Origin: Clostridia bacterium
GTDB taxonomy: Bacteria; Bacillota; Clostridia; Oscillospirales; Acutalibacteraceae
NCBI GenBank assembly: GCA_017546665.1
Contig: JAFYSE010000035.1
Location: forward strand, 5,425-69,424
Direction: 5' to 3'
Length of the DNA stretch: 64,000 nt
In this document: one piece after another, positions 1 through 10,058 of the stretch
How positions within the stretch are numbered: position 1 is the stretch's first letter
Layout: the number at the start of each line of letters is the position of its first letter
The notes under the pieces: model-generated
The model's database searches: none
Seen by the model: the letters and a program-made list of their open reading frames with translations, nothing else
Told to the model about the DNA's origin: nothing
Translations under genes and position numbers: made by a program

Positions 1-2
1 GA

Positions 3-950
3 ATAGTTGCTGATTGTTCGGGAATTCCTGCAGTTGCAAGAACAAAACTTCCTGATACATCCGTTGTAGGTAACTTTAAGCTCACAAATAAGGACATTCT
101 TTATGTTGTGCTTTATTATGCTGAATATCTTAAAAAGGACTTTAACCCAAGAGAACTTGATGGGTTCTTCCTTTCATATAAATCTTGGTCAGCACCATCC
201 GATAATGCAAATGGTGCAATTCTTGGTATTGGTGCATTCTATGGCTATGATTATGCCGAAGAAATCTTCAAGGAAGATTTTATGAAGAATGTAAAATTCC
301 CTGAATATAAAGTTGAGAGAATAGAAAAGGGTATGACACCATATCATACATCAGTATATTCATTGGTTGACGACGGATTTATTGCCCTTGGTGATGCTGC
401 ATGTCACACAAAACCAACTTGTGGAGAGGGTTGTACATCTTCACTTGTTGCAGGTGAAATTGCGGTTGATGTTATCTCAAATCTTCTTAAATCAGATAAA
501 TATCTCACAAAAGAAAGAATGTGGAGTATTAACAAGCGCTATATGGCTGCACAAGGTAAGGATTTTGATTCTATGCGACCACTTCTTATGGGGATAATAT
601 CAATGGGTTATGATGAGGCAGAATATCTCTTTAAAAATGATATTATGTTCAGTGAAAAAATTCTTGGTGGCATGGATACAGGTCTTGTACTTGACGGAAA
701 CGATATAGCAGGTATTGTTAAGGGTATTGTGAGTGGTATTGCAGGTAAAAACATTAAACCATCTACTATTGCAAAACTTGTTAAAGGGCTTTTGCATAGC
801 ACACAAGTTGGAACATTATACGATAATTATCCTGCAAACTATGAAGATTTCCCTGAATGGAAGGCAAAGGCAGATAAACTCTGGGCAGAAATTGGCTCTG
901 TTGCAGAAAATACCTGCGACCCTAAAATTCTTAAAAAATTAGGATACTAA
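3..950 (+). CDS. FAD-dependent oxidoreductase, geranylgeranyl-reductase-like (5' end lies outside the window)
   Basis: The frame of ORF 108..950 stays open back to nt 3 (IVADCSGIPAVART...), so the gene enters from upstream. GDAACHTKPTCGEGCTSS resembles the C-terminal FAD-binding GD motif of this family. Confidence 0.7.
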   Translation: MVADCSGIPAVARTKLPDTSVVGNFKLTNKDILYVVLYYAEYLKKDFNPRELDGFFLSYKSWSAPSDNANGAILGIGAFYGYDYAEEIFKEDFMKNVKFPEYKVERIEKGMTPYHTSVYSLVDDGFIALGDAACHTKPTCGEGCTSSLVAGEIAVDVISNLLKSDKYLTKERMWSINKRYMAAQGKDFDSMRPLLMGIISMGYDEAEYLFKNDIMFSEKILGGMDTGLVLDGNDIAGIVKGIVSGIAGKNIKPSTIAKLVKGLLHSTQVGTLYDNYPANYEDFPEWKAKADKLWAEIGSVAENTCDPKILKKLGY

Positions 951-955
951 TAAAT

Positions 956-982
956 AAAAGCAGGCTTTACGCCTGCTTTTTT
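956..982. terminator. Bidirectional intrinsic terminator between convergent genes
   Basis: Hairpin aaaagcaggc-tttac-gcctgctttt with an A-run before and a T-run after. It overlaps the last codons of the minus-strand gene 967..1425. Confidence 0.7.
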
Positions 983-1425
983 ATATATTCAAATAACCTA
1001 TTACAACCCAAACTTACATCATCAAATGTTGTCTTGAAATCTCTAGTGTACCAAGGGTCAGCAACATCTCTGTCAATATGTGCAAAACTTAACAATTTAT
1101 GTATCTTGTTATCTTTGTCATACCCAATAATTCTGTTAATATTTCTCATATTTGCACTGTCCATTCCAATTATGAAATCATATTTTTCATAGTCGGATTT
1201 TTTTAGTTGTACAGCTTGTCTTTTGGTGTATGGAATACCCATTTCATCAAGAATTTTCTTTGTTCCCCAATGAGTATCACTACCGATTTCTTCAGTGCTT
1301 GTAGCACTTGAACAGATAAGAAAATCGTTTTCTATACCATTCTTTTTTACAATATCCTTCATAACAAATTCTGCCATAGTCGAACGACATATATTCCCAT
1401 GACAGACAAACATAATTTTAATCAT
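967..1425 (-). CDS. Low-molecular-weight protein-tyrosine phosphatase
   Basis: N-terminal MFVCHGNICRS matches the CX5R(S/T) P-loop (CxGNxCRS). The 152-aa size is typical of LMW-PTPs. Confidence 0.85.
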   Translation of the reverse strand: MIKIMFVCHGNICRSTMAEFVMKDIVKKNGIENDFLICSSATSTEEIGSDTHWGTKKILDEMGIPYTKRQAVQLKKSDYEKYDFIIGMDSANMRNINRIIGYDKDNKIHKLLSFAHIDRDVADPWYTRDFKTTFDDVSLGCNRLFEYIKKQA

Positions 1426-1484
1426 AATATCACCGAAATAAGTATATCACAAATATTAATTATTTTCAAAGTGCAAATTATAAT

Positions 1485-1513
1485 TTGACTGATTAATTCC
1501 TACATGTTACAGT
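1485..1513 (+). promoter_or_regulatory. Possible sigma-A-type promoter (TTGACT-17-TACAGT) upstream of an orphan hairpin
   Basis: Hexamers read directly from the sequence. The -10 matches only 4 of 6 positions. Confidence 0.3.
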
Positions 1514-1562
1514 GTAAAGGGAATGGTTCTGTGTACTGACAATTATAACTTAATACATGTGG

Positions 1563-1590
1563 GCGAGGAGAAAAACTCCTCGCTCGGTTT
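1563..1590 (+). terminator. Terminator-like hairpin in the spoIIID upstream region
   Basis: gcgaggag-aaaaa-ctcctcgc (8 bp G+C-rich stem) followed by tcggtttta. The U-run is on the + strand only. Confidence 0.35.
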
Positions 1591-1660
1591 TATATTTATT
1601 CACAAGTATATTTTACTTCTATTCATCATATTTATTTATGACAGAATAGGAGGTCTTGAT

Positions 1661-1912
1661 TTGAAAAGTTTAGTTGATGAAAGAGCGTCTTTATTAGGTG
1701 AATATATTGTAGAAAATAATGCAACAGTTAGAGCAACAGCAAAAGTGTTTGGAATAAGTAAAAGTACAGTACATATGGATGTTTCCAAAAGACTATTTTA
1801 TGTTAATCCCGTTCTATATAAAAAAGTACGAAAAGTCCTTGATATCAATAAGGAAGAAAGACATATTCGTGGTGGATTAGCTACAAAGGAAAAATATATG
1901 TCTAAAAAGTGA
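1661..1912 (+). CDS. spoIIID: Stage III sporulation transcriptional regulator SpoIIID
   Basis: The sequence LKSLVDERASLLGEYIVENNATVRATAKVFGISKSTVHMDV...HIRGG matches the SpoIIID helix-turn-helix family. A TTG start at 1661 lies 7 nt after GGAGG. The upstream part of ORF 1523..1912 looks non-coding. Confidence 0.9.
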   Translation: MKSLVDERASLLGEYIVENNATVRATAKVFGISKSTVHMDVSKRLFYVNPVLYKKVRKVLDINKEERHIRGGLATKEKYMSKK

Positions 1913-2006
1913 TTTTAACTACATTATTTTCCTTTTAGCACTTGAAATTTCACTATATTTGTGTATAATATTATCTGTTAAATTATGTACATATATCACT
2001 TGAAAG

Positions 2007-5000
2007 GTGGACAATATAGTGGCAGACGAGAAAAATCTCTTTGTTGAGCTCGAACACGAAGTGATGGAGCTCTGGGAAAAAGAGAAATATTATGACAAGC
2101 TTGTTGAGAAAAATAAGGGCAATAAAATGTTCCGTTTCCTTGACGGTCCAATTACTGCAAATAACCCAATGGGTATTCACCATGCATGGGGCAGAAGTAC
2201 AAAGGATATTTTTATCCGTTACAAGTCTATGAATGGTTACGATTGCCGTCGTCAGAATGGTTTTGACTCGCAGGGACTTTGGGTTGAAGTTGAAGTTGAA
2301 AAACAGCTTGGCTTTAAGACAAAGAAAGACATTGAAAATTATGGTATGGACAAGTTTACACGTCAGTGTGTTGACCGTGTAAAACATTTCTCAGGCATTA
2401 TTACTGAACAGTCAAAGAGACTTGGTCAGTGGATGGATTGGGATAATTCATACTACACAAATACAGACCTTAACATTCAGGGTATCTGGCATTTCTTAAA
2501 GGAATGTGATAATCACGGATGGATTCAGCGTGAATACAAGCCAATGCCTTGGTGTCCTCGTTGTGGTACATCACTTTCTGAACATGAAATGACAGGTTCA
2601 TATAAGATGATGACACATAACTCAGTTTTCTTCAAACTTCCTATTGAAGAACTTGATTCAAAAATTCTTGTTTGGACAACTACTCCTTGGACATTGTCTT
2701 CAAACGTGGCTCTTGCAGTTAATCCTGAGATTGACTATGTTGAAGTTAAAATCAAGAGCGATGACCAAACATTGATTCTTGCAAAGAATGCAATCAAATA
2801 CCTTGGCGATGATAAAGTTGAGGTTATTCGTGCACTTAAAGGTGAAGAACTTGTTGGACTTCATTATGAAACTTGCTTTGCTGATTTGGAAGCACAGCAA
2901 GGCTTTGAACACAAAATCGTAGCTTGGGAAGATGTTGCTGCCGACGAAGGTACAGGCGTTGTTCATATTGCTCCAGGTTGCGGTATCGAAGACTTTGAAC
3001 TTGGTGAAAGACTTGGTCTTCCAAAGGTTATGCCTATTGACGACATGGGTATTTATCTTGAAGGATTTGGTTTTATGTCAGGTAAAGATAGCCATACAAT
3101 CGCTGACGAGGTATTTGAAAAACTTGACGAGCAGAACAAACTCTATAAGGTTGAACCACACGAACATAGCTATCCAGTATGCTGGAGATGTAAGAGTGAA
3201 ATTGTTTTCCGTCTTGTTCCAGCTTGGTATATCAAGACAAGCGAAATCAAGCCTAAACTCATTGAGTGTGCAAATTCAGTTAAATGGGAACCTGCTTCAA
3301 ATGGTAAGCGTATGAATGACTGGCTTACAAATATGGGTGACTGGAACATTTCTCGTAAGCGTTATTACGGAATGCCACTTCCTTTCTATCCATGTAGCTG
3401 TGGTCATATTACAGTTGTTGGTTCAAAGGCTGAACTTCGTGAGAAAGCAGTTGACCAGGCTCTTGTTGATGCACTTCCTGAACTTCACAGACCTTGGGTT
3501 GATGAAGTTAAGATTAAGTGTCCACATTGTGGTAAGGAAGTTTCTCGTGTTTCTGATATTGGTGACGTTTGGCTTGATGCTGGTATCGTTCCATTCTCAA
3601 CACTTGATTACTTTACAGACCGTGAAGCATGGGAAAGAAACTTCCCTGCAGAATGGGTTACAGAAATGCATGAGCAGGTTAGACTTTGGTTCTACTCAAT
3701 GCTCTTTATGAGTACTGTTCTTGTAGGTAAAGCTCCTTATGAAAGAGTTGTTACTAATGGTATGGTTGTTTCTGAAGACGGCTCAAAATTCTCAAAAACT
3801 GGCTTTATGATTAAGTTTGACGAAGCTGCTGAGAAGATTGGTGCTGATACTGTTCGTTATCTTTATGCAAGTGCACCAACTAACAATGATGTTCGTTTCG
3901 GTTACAATCTTGGTGACGAAGCAAGAAGAAAGATGCTTGCTTTCTGGAATATCTATACATTCTTTGATACCTATGCACAGCTTGATAAGCCAAACTTTGC
4001 TGATTATAAGGTTGATTTCTCAAAACTTACTCCAATTGATAAGTGGCTTGTTGTTAGAACAAACGAATTCCTTAAAAAGGCTACTGCATATATGGATGAT
4101 TATAAGTCATCTGCAATGATTAAGGAATTTGAACTTTTTGTTGATGATATTTCTAACTGGTATATCAGAACAAATCGTCGTCGTTTCTGGAAGACAGAAG
4201 ACCAGCAGGATAAGATGGTTGCTTACTGGACACTCTTTAATGCTCTTAAGGTTTGTGTTCAGACTATTGCACCAATCACACCTTTTATGACTGAATATAT
4301 TTGGCAGAACCTTATCAAGAAATGCGATTCAACTGTTGCAGAATCTGTTCATCTCAGTGATTGGCCATCAGTTATTGAAGGTGTTGAAGACGATGGTGTT
4401 ATTGAGCAGACAGAACTTGTTCGTGAAGTTATTGCTACTGCTATGAGACTTCGTAACGAACAGCAGATTAAAGTTCGTCAGCCTCTCTCAAAAATCTTTA
4501 TTTGCTGTGATTCAGATAAGGCTGATAAAATTAAGACATTTGAGAAGAATATTCTTGATGAACTTAACATCAAAACAGTGGAATATATTGATGATATTAC
4601 TGTTCTTGAAGACCAGTTCCTTACAGTTAACTTTAAAGTTGCAGGTGCAGTTCTCAAGCAGAACGTTAACAAGATGAAACAGACACTTGAAGGACTTTCA
4701 TCTGATGAAATGAAAGCTCTCACAGTAGCTGTTGTTGCAGGTGGCGAGGTTGAAGTACCGGGCTGGGATGAAAAATTTGATGCATCAATTTTCGCAGTTC
4801 AGTCAAAGACAAAAGATGGTGTTGTTTCTGCTGCATTTGCTGAAAACAGTGTTGTTGCACTTGATATTGTTCTTACTGATGAACTTCTTAAAGAAGGCGT
4901 TGTTCGTGATATTATCCGTCAGTGTCAGGTTGCTCGTAAAGAAGCAGGATATCAGGTTGAACAGAGAATTGTTGCTGCAATCAATGTTGATGATGAGTTC

Positions 5001-5153
5001 ATTGTAAATGCACTTACTGAAAAACTCGCTTATGTAGCAAGTGAACTTCTTGCAGACAATCTTGTTCTTAATGCAGAGTTAACTGCTGATTATTCTAACG
5101 AGTTTGTAGTAAACAACAAAAAGGTTACTGTATCAGTGGCAAAAGGAGAATAA
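2007..5153 (+). CDS. ileS: Isoleucine--tRNA ligase (type 2)
   Basis: 1048 aa. The HIGH-type motif is PMGIHHAWGR and the KMSKS-type motif is KFSKTG. CxxC zinc knuckles and a long C-terminal extension are typical of type 2 IleRS. GTG start after gaaagg. Confidence 0.95.
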   Translation: MDNIVADEKNLFVELEHEVMELWEKEKYYDKLVEKNKGNKMFRFLDGPITANNPMGIHHAWGRSTKDIFIRYKSMNGYDCRRQNGFDSQGLWVEVEVEKQLGFKTKKDIENYGMDKFTRQCVDRVKHFSGIITEQSKRLGQWMDWDNSYYTNTDLNIQGIWHFLKECDNHGWIQREYKPMPWCPRCGTSLSEHEMTGSYKMMTHNSVFFKLPIEELDSKILVWTTTPWTLSSNVALAVNPEIDYVEVKIKSDDQTLILAKNAIKYLGDDKVEVIRALKGEELVGLHYETCFADLEAQQGFEHKIVAWEDVAADEGTGVVHIAPGCGIEDFELGERLGLPKVMPIDDMGIYLEGFGFMSGKDSHTIADEVFEKLDEQNKLYKVEPHEHSYPVCWRCKSEIVFRLVPAWYIKTSEIKPKLIECANSVKWEPASNGKRMNDWLTNMGDWNISRKRYYGMPLPFYPCSCGHITVVGSKAELREKAVDQALVDALPELHRPWVDEVKIKCPHCGKEVSRVSDIGDVWLDAGIVPFSTLDYFTDREAWERNFPAEWVTEMHEQVRLWFYSMLFMSTVLVGKAPYERVVTNGMVVSEDGSKFSKTGFMIKFDEAAEKIGADTVRYLYASAPTNNDVRFGYNLGDEARRKMLAFWNIYTFFDTYAQLDKPNFADYKVDFSKLTPIDKWLVVRTNEFLKKATAYMDDYKSSAMIKEFELFVDDISNWYIRTNRRRFWKTEDQQDKMVAYWTLFNALKVCVQTIAPITPFMTEYIWQNLIKKCDSTVAESVHLSDWPSVIEGVEDDGVIEQTELVREVIATAMRLRNEQQIKVRQPLSKIFICCDSDKADKIKTFEKNILDELNIKTVEYIDDITVLEDQFLTVNFKVAGAVLKQNVNKMKQTLEGLSSDEMKALTVAVVAGGEVEVPGWDEKFDASIFAVQSKTKDGVVSAAFAENSVVALDIVLTDELLKEGVVRDIIRQCQVARKEAGYQVEQRIVAAINVDDEFIVNALTEKLAYVASELLADNLVLNAELTADYSNEFVVNNKKVTVSVAKGE

Positions 5154-5156
5154 AAT

Positions 5157-5369
5157 ATGTTTCAAGTTACAAAAGATATGAATATTGGTGAAATTCTTGA
5201 TAATGCAAGAGAAACAGTTCCATTCTTTTTAAGTCTTGGAATGCATTGTCTTGGCTGTCCATCAGCAAGAGGCGAGACCGTTGAACAGGCTTGTATGGTA
5301 CACGGTGTTGATGCTGATGAGTTTGTTGCAGGTATTAATGAATTTCTTAAGGAAAATGCAAACAAATAA
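5157..5369 (+). CDS. DUF1858 / hybrid-cluster-protein-associated redox disulfide domain protein
   Basis: A 70-aa protein with the LGMHCLGCPSARGETVEQA motif characteristic of this small-protein family. Confidence 0.7.
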   Translation: MFQVTKDMNIGEILDNARETVPFFLSLGMHCLGCPSARGETVEQACMVHGVDADEFVAGINEFLKENANK

Positions 5370-5377
5370 TTGAAATT

Positions 5378-5405
5378 TCCCCCTATGTAATGTAGGGGGA
5401 TTTTG
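5378..5405 (+). terminator. Intrinsic terminator after the ileS-DUF1858 unit
   Basis: tcccccta-tgtaatg-taggggga hairpin followed by ttttgtt. Confidence 0.75.
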
Positions 5406-5424
5406 TTCAAAAGAGGTGAATTGT

Positions 5425-6093
5425 ATGAAACTTGATAGTCGTCTTATGGCTATTGCCAATTTAGTTAGAAAAGATAAGGTCTTTGCAGATATAGGTACTG
5501 ACCACGCTTATTTACCGGTTTATCTTGTTGAAAAAGGTATTATTAACAAGGCCATTGCAGCAGATTTGCGAATAGGTCCACTTGAAAACGCAAAAGATGC
5601 GGTAGTTTCATACGGTTTTACAGAACAAATCCAACTTCGTTTATCCGATGGACTTGATAATTTTAAGGAAAATGAAGTGGAAGAAATTGCCGTTGCAGGA
5701 ATGGGTGGATTATTAATTTCACAATTTATCGAACGTACGAATTGGATTAAAAACGAAGATGTTCATTTAATCCTTCAACCGATGACTCATGTTGAAGAAT
5801 TGAGAAAAACGCTTTTTGACAATGGTTTTGTAATTGATGAAGAAGTTGTTGCAGAAGATGATGATAAGTTATACATAATTTTGAGTGTTTATTACTATAA
5901 TGATGCAACAGCGTACACAGAACTTGATTTAATTGTAGGTAAATTACCTCAAAATGAAGATAATCTTTCAAAAAAATATCTTTCAAGAATCTATGAAAAG
6001 TTTAATAAAAAACTTGTTGCACTCAAAAATGCTGAAAAAGAGTGTAGTGAACTTGAAAAACTAGTAGGGGAGTTGAAACAATGGCAACAGTAA
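5425..6093 (+). CDS. trmK: tRNA (adenine22-N1)-methyltransferase TrmK
   Basis: MKLDSRLMAIANLV...FADIGTDHAYLPVYLV is the TrmK/YqfN signature. ATG 5425 follows AGAGGTG. It is followed by a Nif3 gene, as in the B. subtilis yqfN-yqfO pair. Confidence 0.85.
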   Translation: MKLDSRLMAIANLVRKDKVFADIGTDHAYLPVYLVEKGIINKAIAADLRIGPLENAKDAVVSYGFTEQIQLRLSDGLDNFKENEVEEIAVAGMGGLLISQFIERTNWIKNEDVHLILQPMTHVEELRKTLFDNGFVIDEEVVAEDDDKLYIILSVYYYNDATAYTELDLIVGKLPQNEDNLSKKYLSRIYEKFNKKLVALKNAEKECSELEKLVGELKQWQQ

Positions 6094-6824
6094 AGGAAAT
6101 TTATAGTTTTATTGACAAAATTGCACCATTTTCAACTCAGGAAGAATGGGATAATTCAGGGTTTTTAGTTGGTGATGAAGATAAAGAGGTAAATAGAATT
6201 CTTTTTGCATTGGATATTACTTTTGATGTGGTTAATCAAGCAATAAACTGTAATGCAGATTTAATTATTACACATCATCCAATTATTTTTAAACCCGTTT
6301 CCAATGTTCTTAGTGACAGTTTGATTTATAAGCTTATTAAAAATGGAATTAGCATTATTTCTGCTCATTCAAATTACGATAAAGCTGTTGACGGAGTAAA
6401 TGATATACTCTGTAAAACAATCAATGCATCTGATTATGAAAAAGTAGAAGATACTTGTTTAAATATTGCATACTTTGAAAATAGTGCTTTAGTTGAAGAT
6501 TTTGCACTGTATTTAAGAGGTAAATTGGGTGGAGTTGTAAGGTACAACTTTATTGATAAAAAAATAAGTAAAATTGCAGTTTGTAGTGGCTCAGGTAGTG
6601 ATTATTTGACACTTACAAAAGAGTTAAACTGTGATGCATTACTTACAGGAGATGCATCTCATCACGTATTCCTTGATGCGAATGAAATGGGAATTGCATT
6701 GTTTGCTTGTGGTCACTTTGAAACGGAAAATATCGCAATTAAACCACTTGCGGATAAAATTGAGAATAATTTTAATGTTGATTGTATATTAGCAAATCAA
6801 AATACACCAATAATTACGATTTAA
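6081..6824 (+). CDS. Nif3-like dinuclear metal centre protein (YqfO family)
   Basis: EEWDNSGFLVGD and DLIITHHPIIF motifs. It overlaps the trmK stop by 13 nt. Confidence 0.85.
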   Translation: MATVKEIYSFIDKIAPFSTQEEWDNSGFLVGDEDKEVNRILFALDITFDVVNQAINCNADLIITHHPIIFKPVSNVLSDSLIYKLIKNGISIISAHSNYDKAVDGVNDILCKTINASDYEKVEDTCLNIAYFENSALVEDFALYLRGKLGGVVRYNFIDKKISKIAVCSGSGSDYLTLTKELNCDALLTGDASHHVFLDANEMGIALFACGHFETENIAIKPLADKIENNFNVDCILANQNTPIITI

Positions 6825-6832
6825 GAGGTTTT

Positions 6833-8581
6833 ATGGCACTTGACGGAATTACATTAGGGCTTGTTAAAAATGAGCTTAAAACCTATATTTTAGGCTCTAA
6901 AATTGAAAAAATACACCAACCCTCAAGAAATGAGTTGGTGTTTATTTTGCGTACCCGAAATGGTGGATATAGATTATATCTTTCCTGTGATGGTCAGAGT
7001 CCCCGTGTGCATTTAACCCGTTATAATCTTGAAAATCCAAAAGTCCCACCAATGATTTGTATGCTTTTACGTAAACGACTTTGTGGCGCAACTCTTACAG
7101 ATATCAAGCAGATTAGAAATGATAGAATTCTCATTTTTGAATTTGATGGTACAACTGAAATCGGTGATAAAACAAAGTATTATGTTATTTGTGAAATTAT
7201 TGGACAGCGTAGTAATGTTATTCTTTGTGATAATGATTATAATATTATTGATGCATTAAAGAGGGTGGATGAGGAAAAATCTTCAGTTCGTGAGATTTTA
7301 CCCGGTATTAAATATGAATTGCCACCTTTGCAAGAAAAATCCGATGTGCTTAATGATAGTGCACATTTAATTACAAATAAAATTCTCAATCATTCTGAAA
7401 AAATGCTTTCAAAAGCTATTTTAGAAAGTGTTGAAGGCTTCTCACCAATAATTGGCAGAGAAATTGCATATAGAACAGTATTTGGTGATAAGCAAGTTGG
7501 TTTGTTATCTGATATTGAAAAAGAAAGATTAGAAAATGAAATTAATATAATTAAAAATGAAATCAATGAAAATAGGTTTTATATGTTAGAATCTGTTGAT
7601 AAAGTACCGTTTGATTTTTCATTTTCAAGTATCCGTCAGTATGGAAAAACTTTATGTAAAAAGGAATTTGATTCAATATCTGAATTGTTGGACGATTTTT
7701 ATTTTGAAAAAGATAAAATTAACAGAACAAGACGTAAAGCATCTGATTTGTTTAAAATTTTAAATAGTGCAGTTGAACGAACATCAAGAAAAATTAATAA
7801 TAGACAACTTGAACTTGAGAAAAGCGAAAATCGTGAACAAATTCGTATCTTTGCTGAATTGATTACTGCAAATCAGTATCGTTTAACTGAAAAATCATCT
7901 CTATATAAATTAGAAAATTATTATGATAACAACAATATAATCGAAATACCTGCAAATCCTGCATTAACTCCTTTACAGAATGCACAAAAGTATTTTAAAG
8001 AGTATAAAAAAGCTGTTAATGCCGAAAAATTACTTCATAATCTTATTGAAGATGGCGAACAGGAACTAATATACCTTGACTCTGTTTTTGATAATTTAAC
8101 TCGTGCTGAAACCGAAAGAGAAATAACGGAAATCCGTGATGAATTGGAACAGGGCGGATACGTTAAGAGCAAAAAGGGAAATAAAAATAAAAAAGAAAAA
8201 CCCTTGCCACCAATGGAATTCAAATCTAGTGACGGATTTAAAATCTTGGTTGGCAGAAACAATGTCCAAAATGATGTTTTAACTTTAAAAACTGCTATGA
8301 ATTATGATATGTGGTTACATGTTCAAAAGCACGCAGGTTCCCATACCGTAATTATTGCAGATAAAAAAGAAATTACTGAAACTGCGATACAAGAGGCTGC
8401 TTATATCGCTGCATATCACAGTAAATCAAAGAATTCTTCTTCGGTACCTGTTGATTATACTTTGATAAAAAATGTTAAGAAACCAACAGGTGCAAAACCG
8501 GGAAAGGTTATTTATAACACATATAACACAGTTTATGTTACACCTGAGAAAGAGCTGATTGAAAAGTTAAAGGTAGATTAA
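6833..8581 (+). CDS. rqcH: Rqc2/RqcH homolog (NFACT family, fibronectin-binding protein A-like), ribosome quality control
   Basis: MALDGITL...KIEKIHQPSRNELVF is an NFACT-N motif. There is a central coiled coil, and the C-terminal DMWLHVQKHAGSHTVI is an NFACT-R motif. ATG 6833 follows AAGAGG. Confidence 0.85.
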   Translation: MALDGITLGLVKNELKTYILGSKIEKIHQPSRNELVFILRTRNGGYRLYLSCDGQSPRVHLTRYNLENPKVPPMICMLLRKRLCGATLTDIKQIRNDRILIFEFDGTTEIGDKTKYYVICEIIGQRSNVILCDNDYNIIDALKRVDEEKSSVREILPGIKYELPPLQEKSDVLNDSAHLITNKILNHSEKMLSKAILESVEGFSPIIGREIAYRTVFGDKQVGLLSDIEKERLENEINIIKNEINENRFYMLESVDKVPFDFSFSSIRQYGKTLCKKEFDSISELLDDFYFEKDKINRTRRKASDLFKILNSAVERTSRKINNRQLELEKSENREQIRIFAELITANQYRLTEKSSLYKLENYYDNNNIIEIPANPALTPLQNAQKYFKEYKKAVNAEKLLHNLIEDGEQELIYLDSVFDNLTRAETEREITEIRDELEQGGYVKSKKGNKNKKEKPLPPMEFKSSDGFKILVGRNNVQNDVLTLKTAMNYDMWLHVQKHAGSHTVIIADKKEITETAIQEAAYIAAYHSKSKNSSSVPVDYTLIKNVKKPTGAKPGKVIYNTYNTVYVTPEKELIEKLKVD

Positions 8582-8616
8582 AACCGAGAAGCTAAATAGC
8601 TTCTCGGTTATTTTTT
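8582..8616. terminator. Bidirectional intrinsic terminator
   Basis: aaccgagaagc-taaata-gcttctcggtt followed by attttttt, between convergent genes. Confidence 0.8.
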
Positions 8617-9661
8617 AGTCTAATTCAACTGAATGGTCATATACGGGATACCAGGTTGCTGTAAAAAAGTTTCTTGCTCTAAAAATTATTTCATCACCAT
8701 AAACTTCCATTTGGTAACCCATACCACCCCAAGGTACACCATAGCGGTTAACAATCATATAAGTGGGAAGATTAACATATGTAACACCGTTATGTTGTTC
8801 AACACTTGAGAATCCAAATACATTTTCAACAAGTGGTACATTAATACCTGTATGAACATGTCCACTAATAAAGAAAACATTTTCATATTTTTCCATAATT
8901 GTTTTTACTGCGTCGCTATTTTCATTAAGTCCGTTGTCAGGCCAAATAGTATCAAGTCCGTTTACACCGTTACAAGGAACATGACAAATAACAAACATAG
9001 GTAAGTTTCTATCAGCAGCCTCTGCAAGAGAAGCATCAAGGAATTTAAGCTGTTCTGGACTCATATCGGGAGTGTCCCATGTGTCATCACCATCATCACA
9101 AAGAACAACAAAACGATAATTGTTAACATCCGTCTTGTAGTAAGCTTTTTCTATTTTTTTACCTGATGGGTTAAGGTTGTTATAAAGGTTAACAAACCTT
9201 TGTCTTGCTTCTTCCTGAGTAACGTCGTCAACATGACCTACATCGTGATTTCCTGTTGCAATTACCCAGTTTTCTGCACAATCAGACTCGGCCATAATAT
9301 TAAAGAAACTTTCTATTGATGGTCCGTCACCATAGTTTGTAAGGTCACCTGAAACTATAAGTGCATCAATAGTGTCTTTTGAGCGTTCAAGGTCATTTAA
9401 TCCATTTGCCCATACCCATTCACCAATAGCCCAATCAACATCGATATGTATATCAGAAACTATAGTGGCGTTTAAAAGACAATTGTCATACATTTCTTCA
9501 AAGATAACAAGTTCTTCTGTTGTTTCTATAATCTCTTTATCAATTTCCTTACCTGTATTAATTATATCTTCTTTTGTTATTTCTTCATATGAAAAACCAG
9601 GGAATATAATTGTGATAAGTGACATAATAACAGCGATAATGCTTTTGATTGTTGATATCAT
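8615..9661 (-). CDS. Membrane-anchored or secreted metallophosphoesterase (calcineurin-like)
   Basis: GDLTNYGD, GNHD and GHVH metal-binding motifs. The N-terminus is a hydrophobic anchor. Confidence 0.8.
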   Translation of the reverse strand: MISTIKSIIAVIMSLITIIFPGFSYEEITKEDIINTGKEIDKEIIETTEELVIFEEMYDNCLLNATIVSDIHIDVDWAIGEWVWANGLNDLERSKDTIDALIVSGDLTNYGDGPSIESFFNIMAESDCAENWVIATGNHDVGHVDDVTQEEARQRFVNLYNNLNPSGKKIEKAYYKTDVNNYRFVVLCDDGDDTWDTPDMSPEQLKFLDASLAEAADRNLPMFVICHVPCNGVNGLDTIWPDNGLNENSDAVKTIMEKYENVFFISGHVHTGINVPLVENVFGFSSVEQHNGVTYVNLPTYMIVNRYGVPWGGMGYQMEVYGDEIIFRARNFFTATWYPVYDHSVELD

Positions 9662-9760
9662 TTCAAATCATCTCCTTTTGTATAGATTTATTTTACCATA
9701 TCATTGAAAAAATTCAACAAAAAAATAAACCCTTCTAGTAAGAAGAGTTTATTTCATTAT

Positions 9761-9985
9761 TTACATTTCGTCATTTGAAACAAGGATTTCGTTGTGTCGG
9801 AAAAGTAGTGACAAGCACCAAATACCAGCAAGCGCAACAAGTGTATAAACAATTCGACTGATTATTGCATCCTGACCACCAAAGAGCCAAGCAACAATAT
9901 CAAATTGGAAAAGTCCGATTGCACCCCAGTTAATAGCACCGATTACAACAAGAATCAAAGAAATTCTGTCAAGCATTGTATTCAC
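9761..9985 (-). CDS. DUF378 small membrane protein
   Basis: 74 aa. LILVVIGAINWGAIGLFQFDIVAWLFGG is the hallmark DUF378 motif. Confidence 0.8.
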   Translation of the reverse strand: MNTMLDRISLILVVIGAINWGAIGLFQFDIVAWLFGGQDAIISRIVYTLVALAGIWCLSLLFRHNEILVSNDEM

Positions 9986-10058
9986 TCCTTAATAAAAGCA
10001 TCATTTTATGTGCATTGTTATTATGAGTATTTTTAAATGCTTTATTCAAAAATTAAAA

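Noticed and set aside
1523-1660. N-terminal 46 codons of the tracked ORF 1523..1912, giving an extended SpoIIID.
   Set aside because: The extension is hydrophobic, low-complexity sequence (LLLFIIFIYDRIGG) and runs through a hairpin. SpoIIID family proteins are about 85-95 aa. A TTG at 1661 with a well-spaced GGAGG gives the canonical length.
1913-2006. Possible T-box leader upstream of ileS.
   Set aside because: Only about 95 nt are available, and I see no T-box core (AGGGTGGnACCGCG-like) or terminator/antiterminator pair. That is too short for a T-box.
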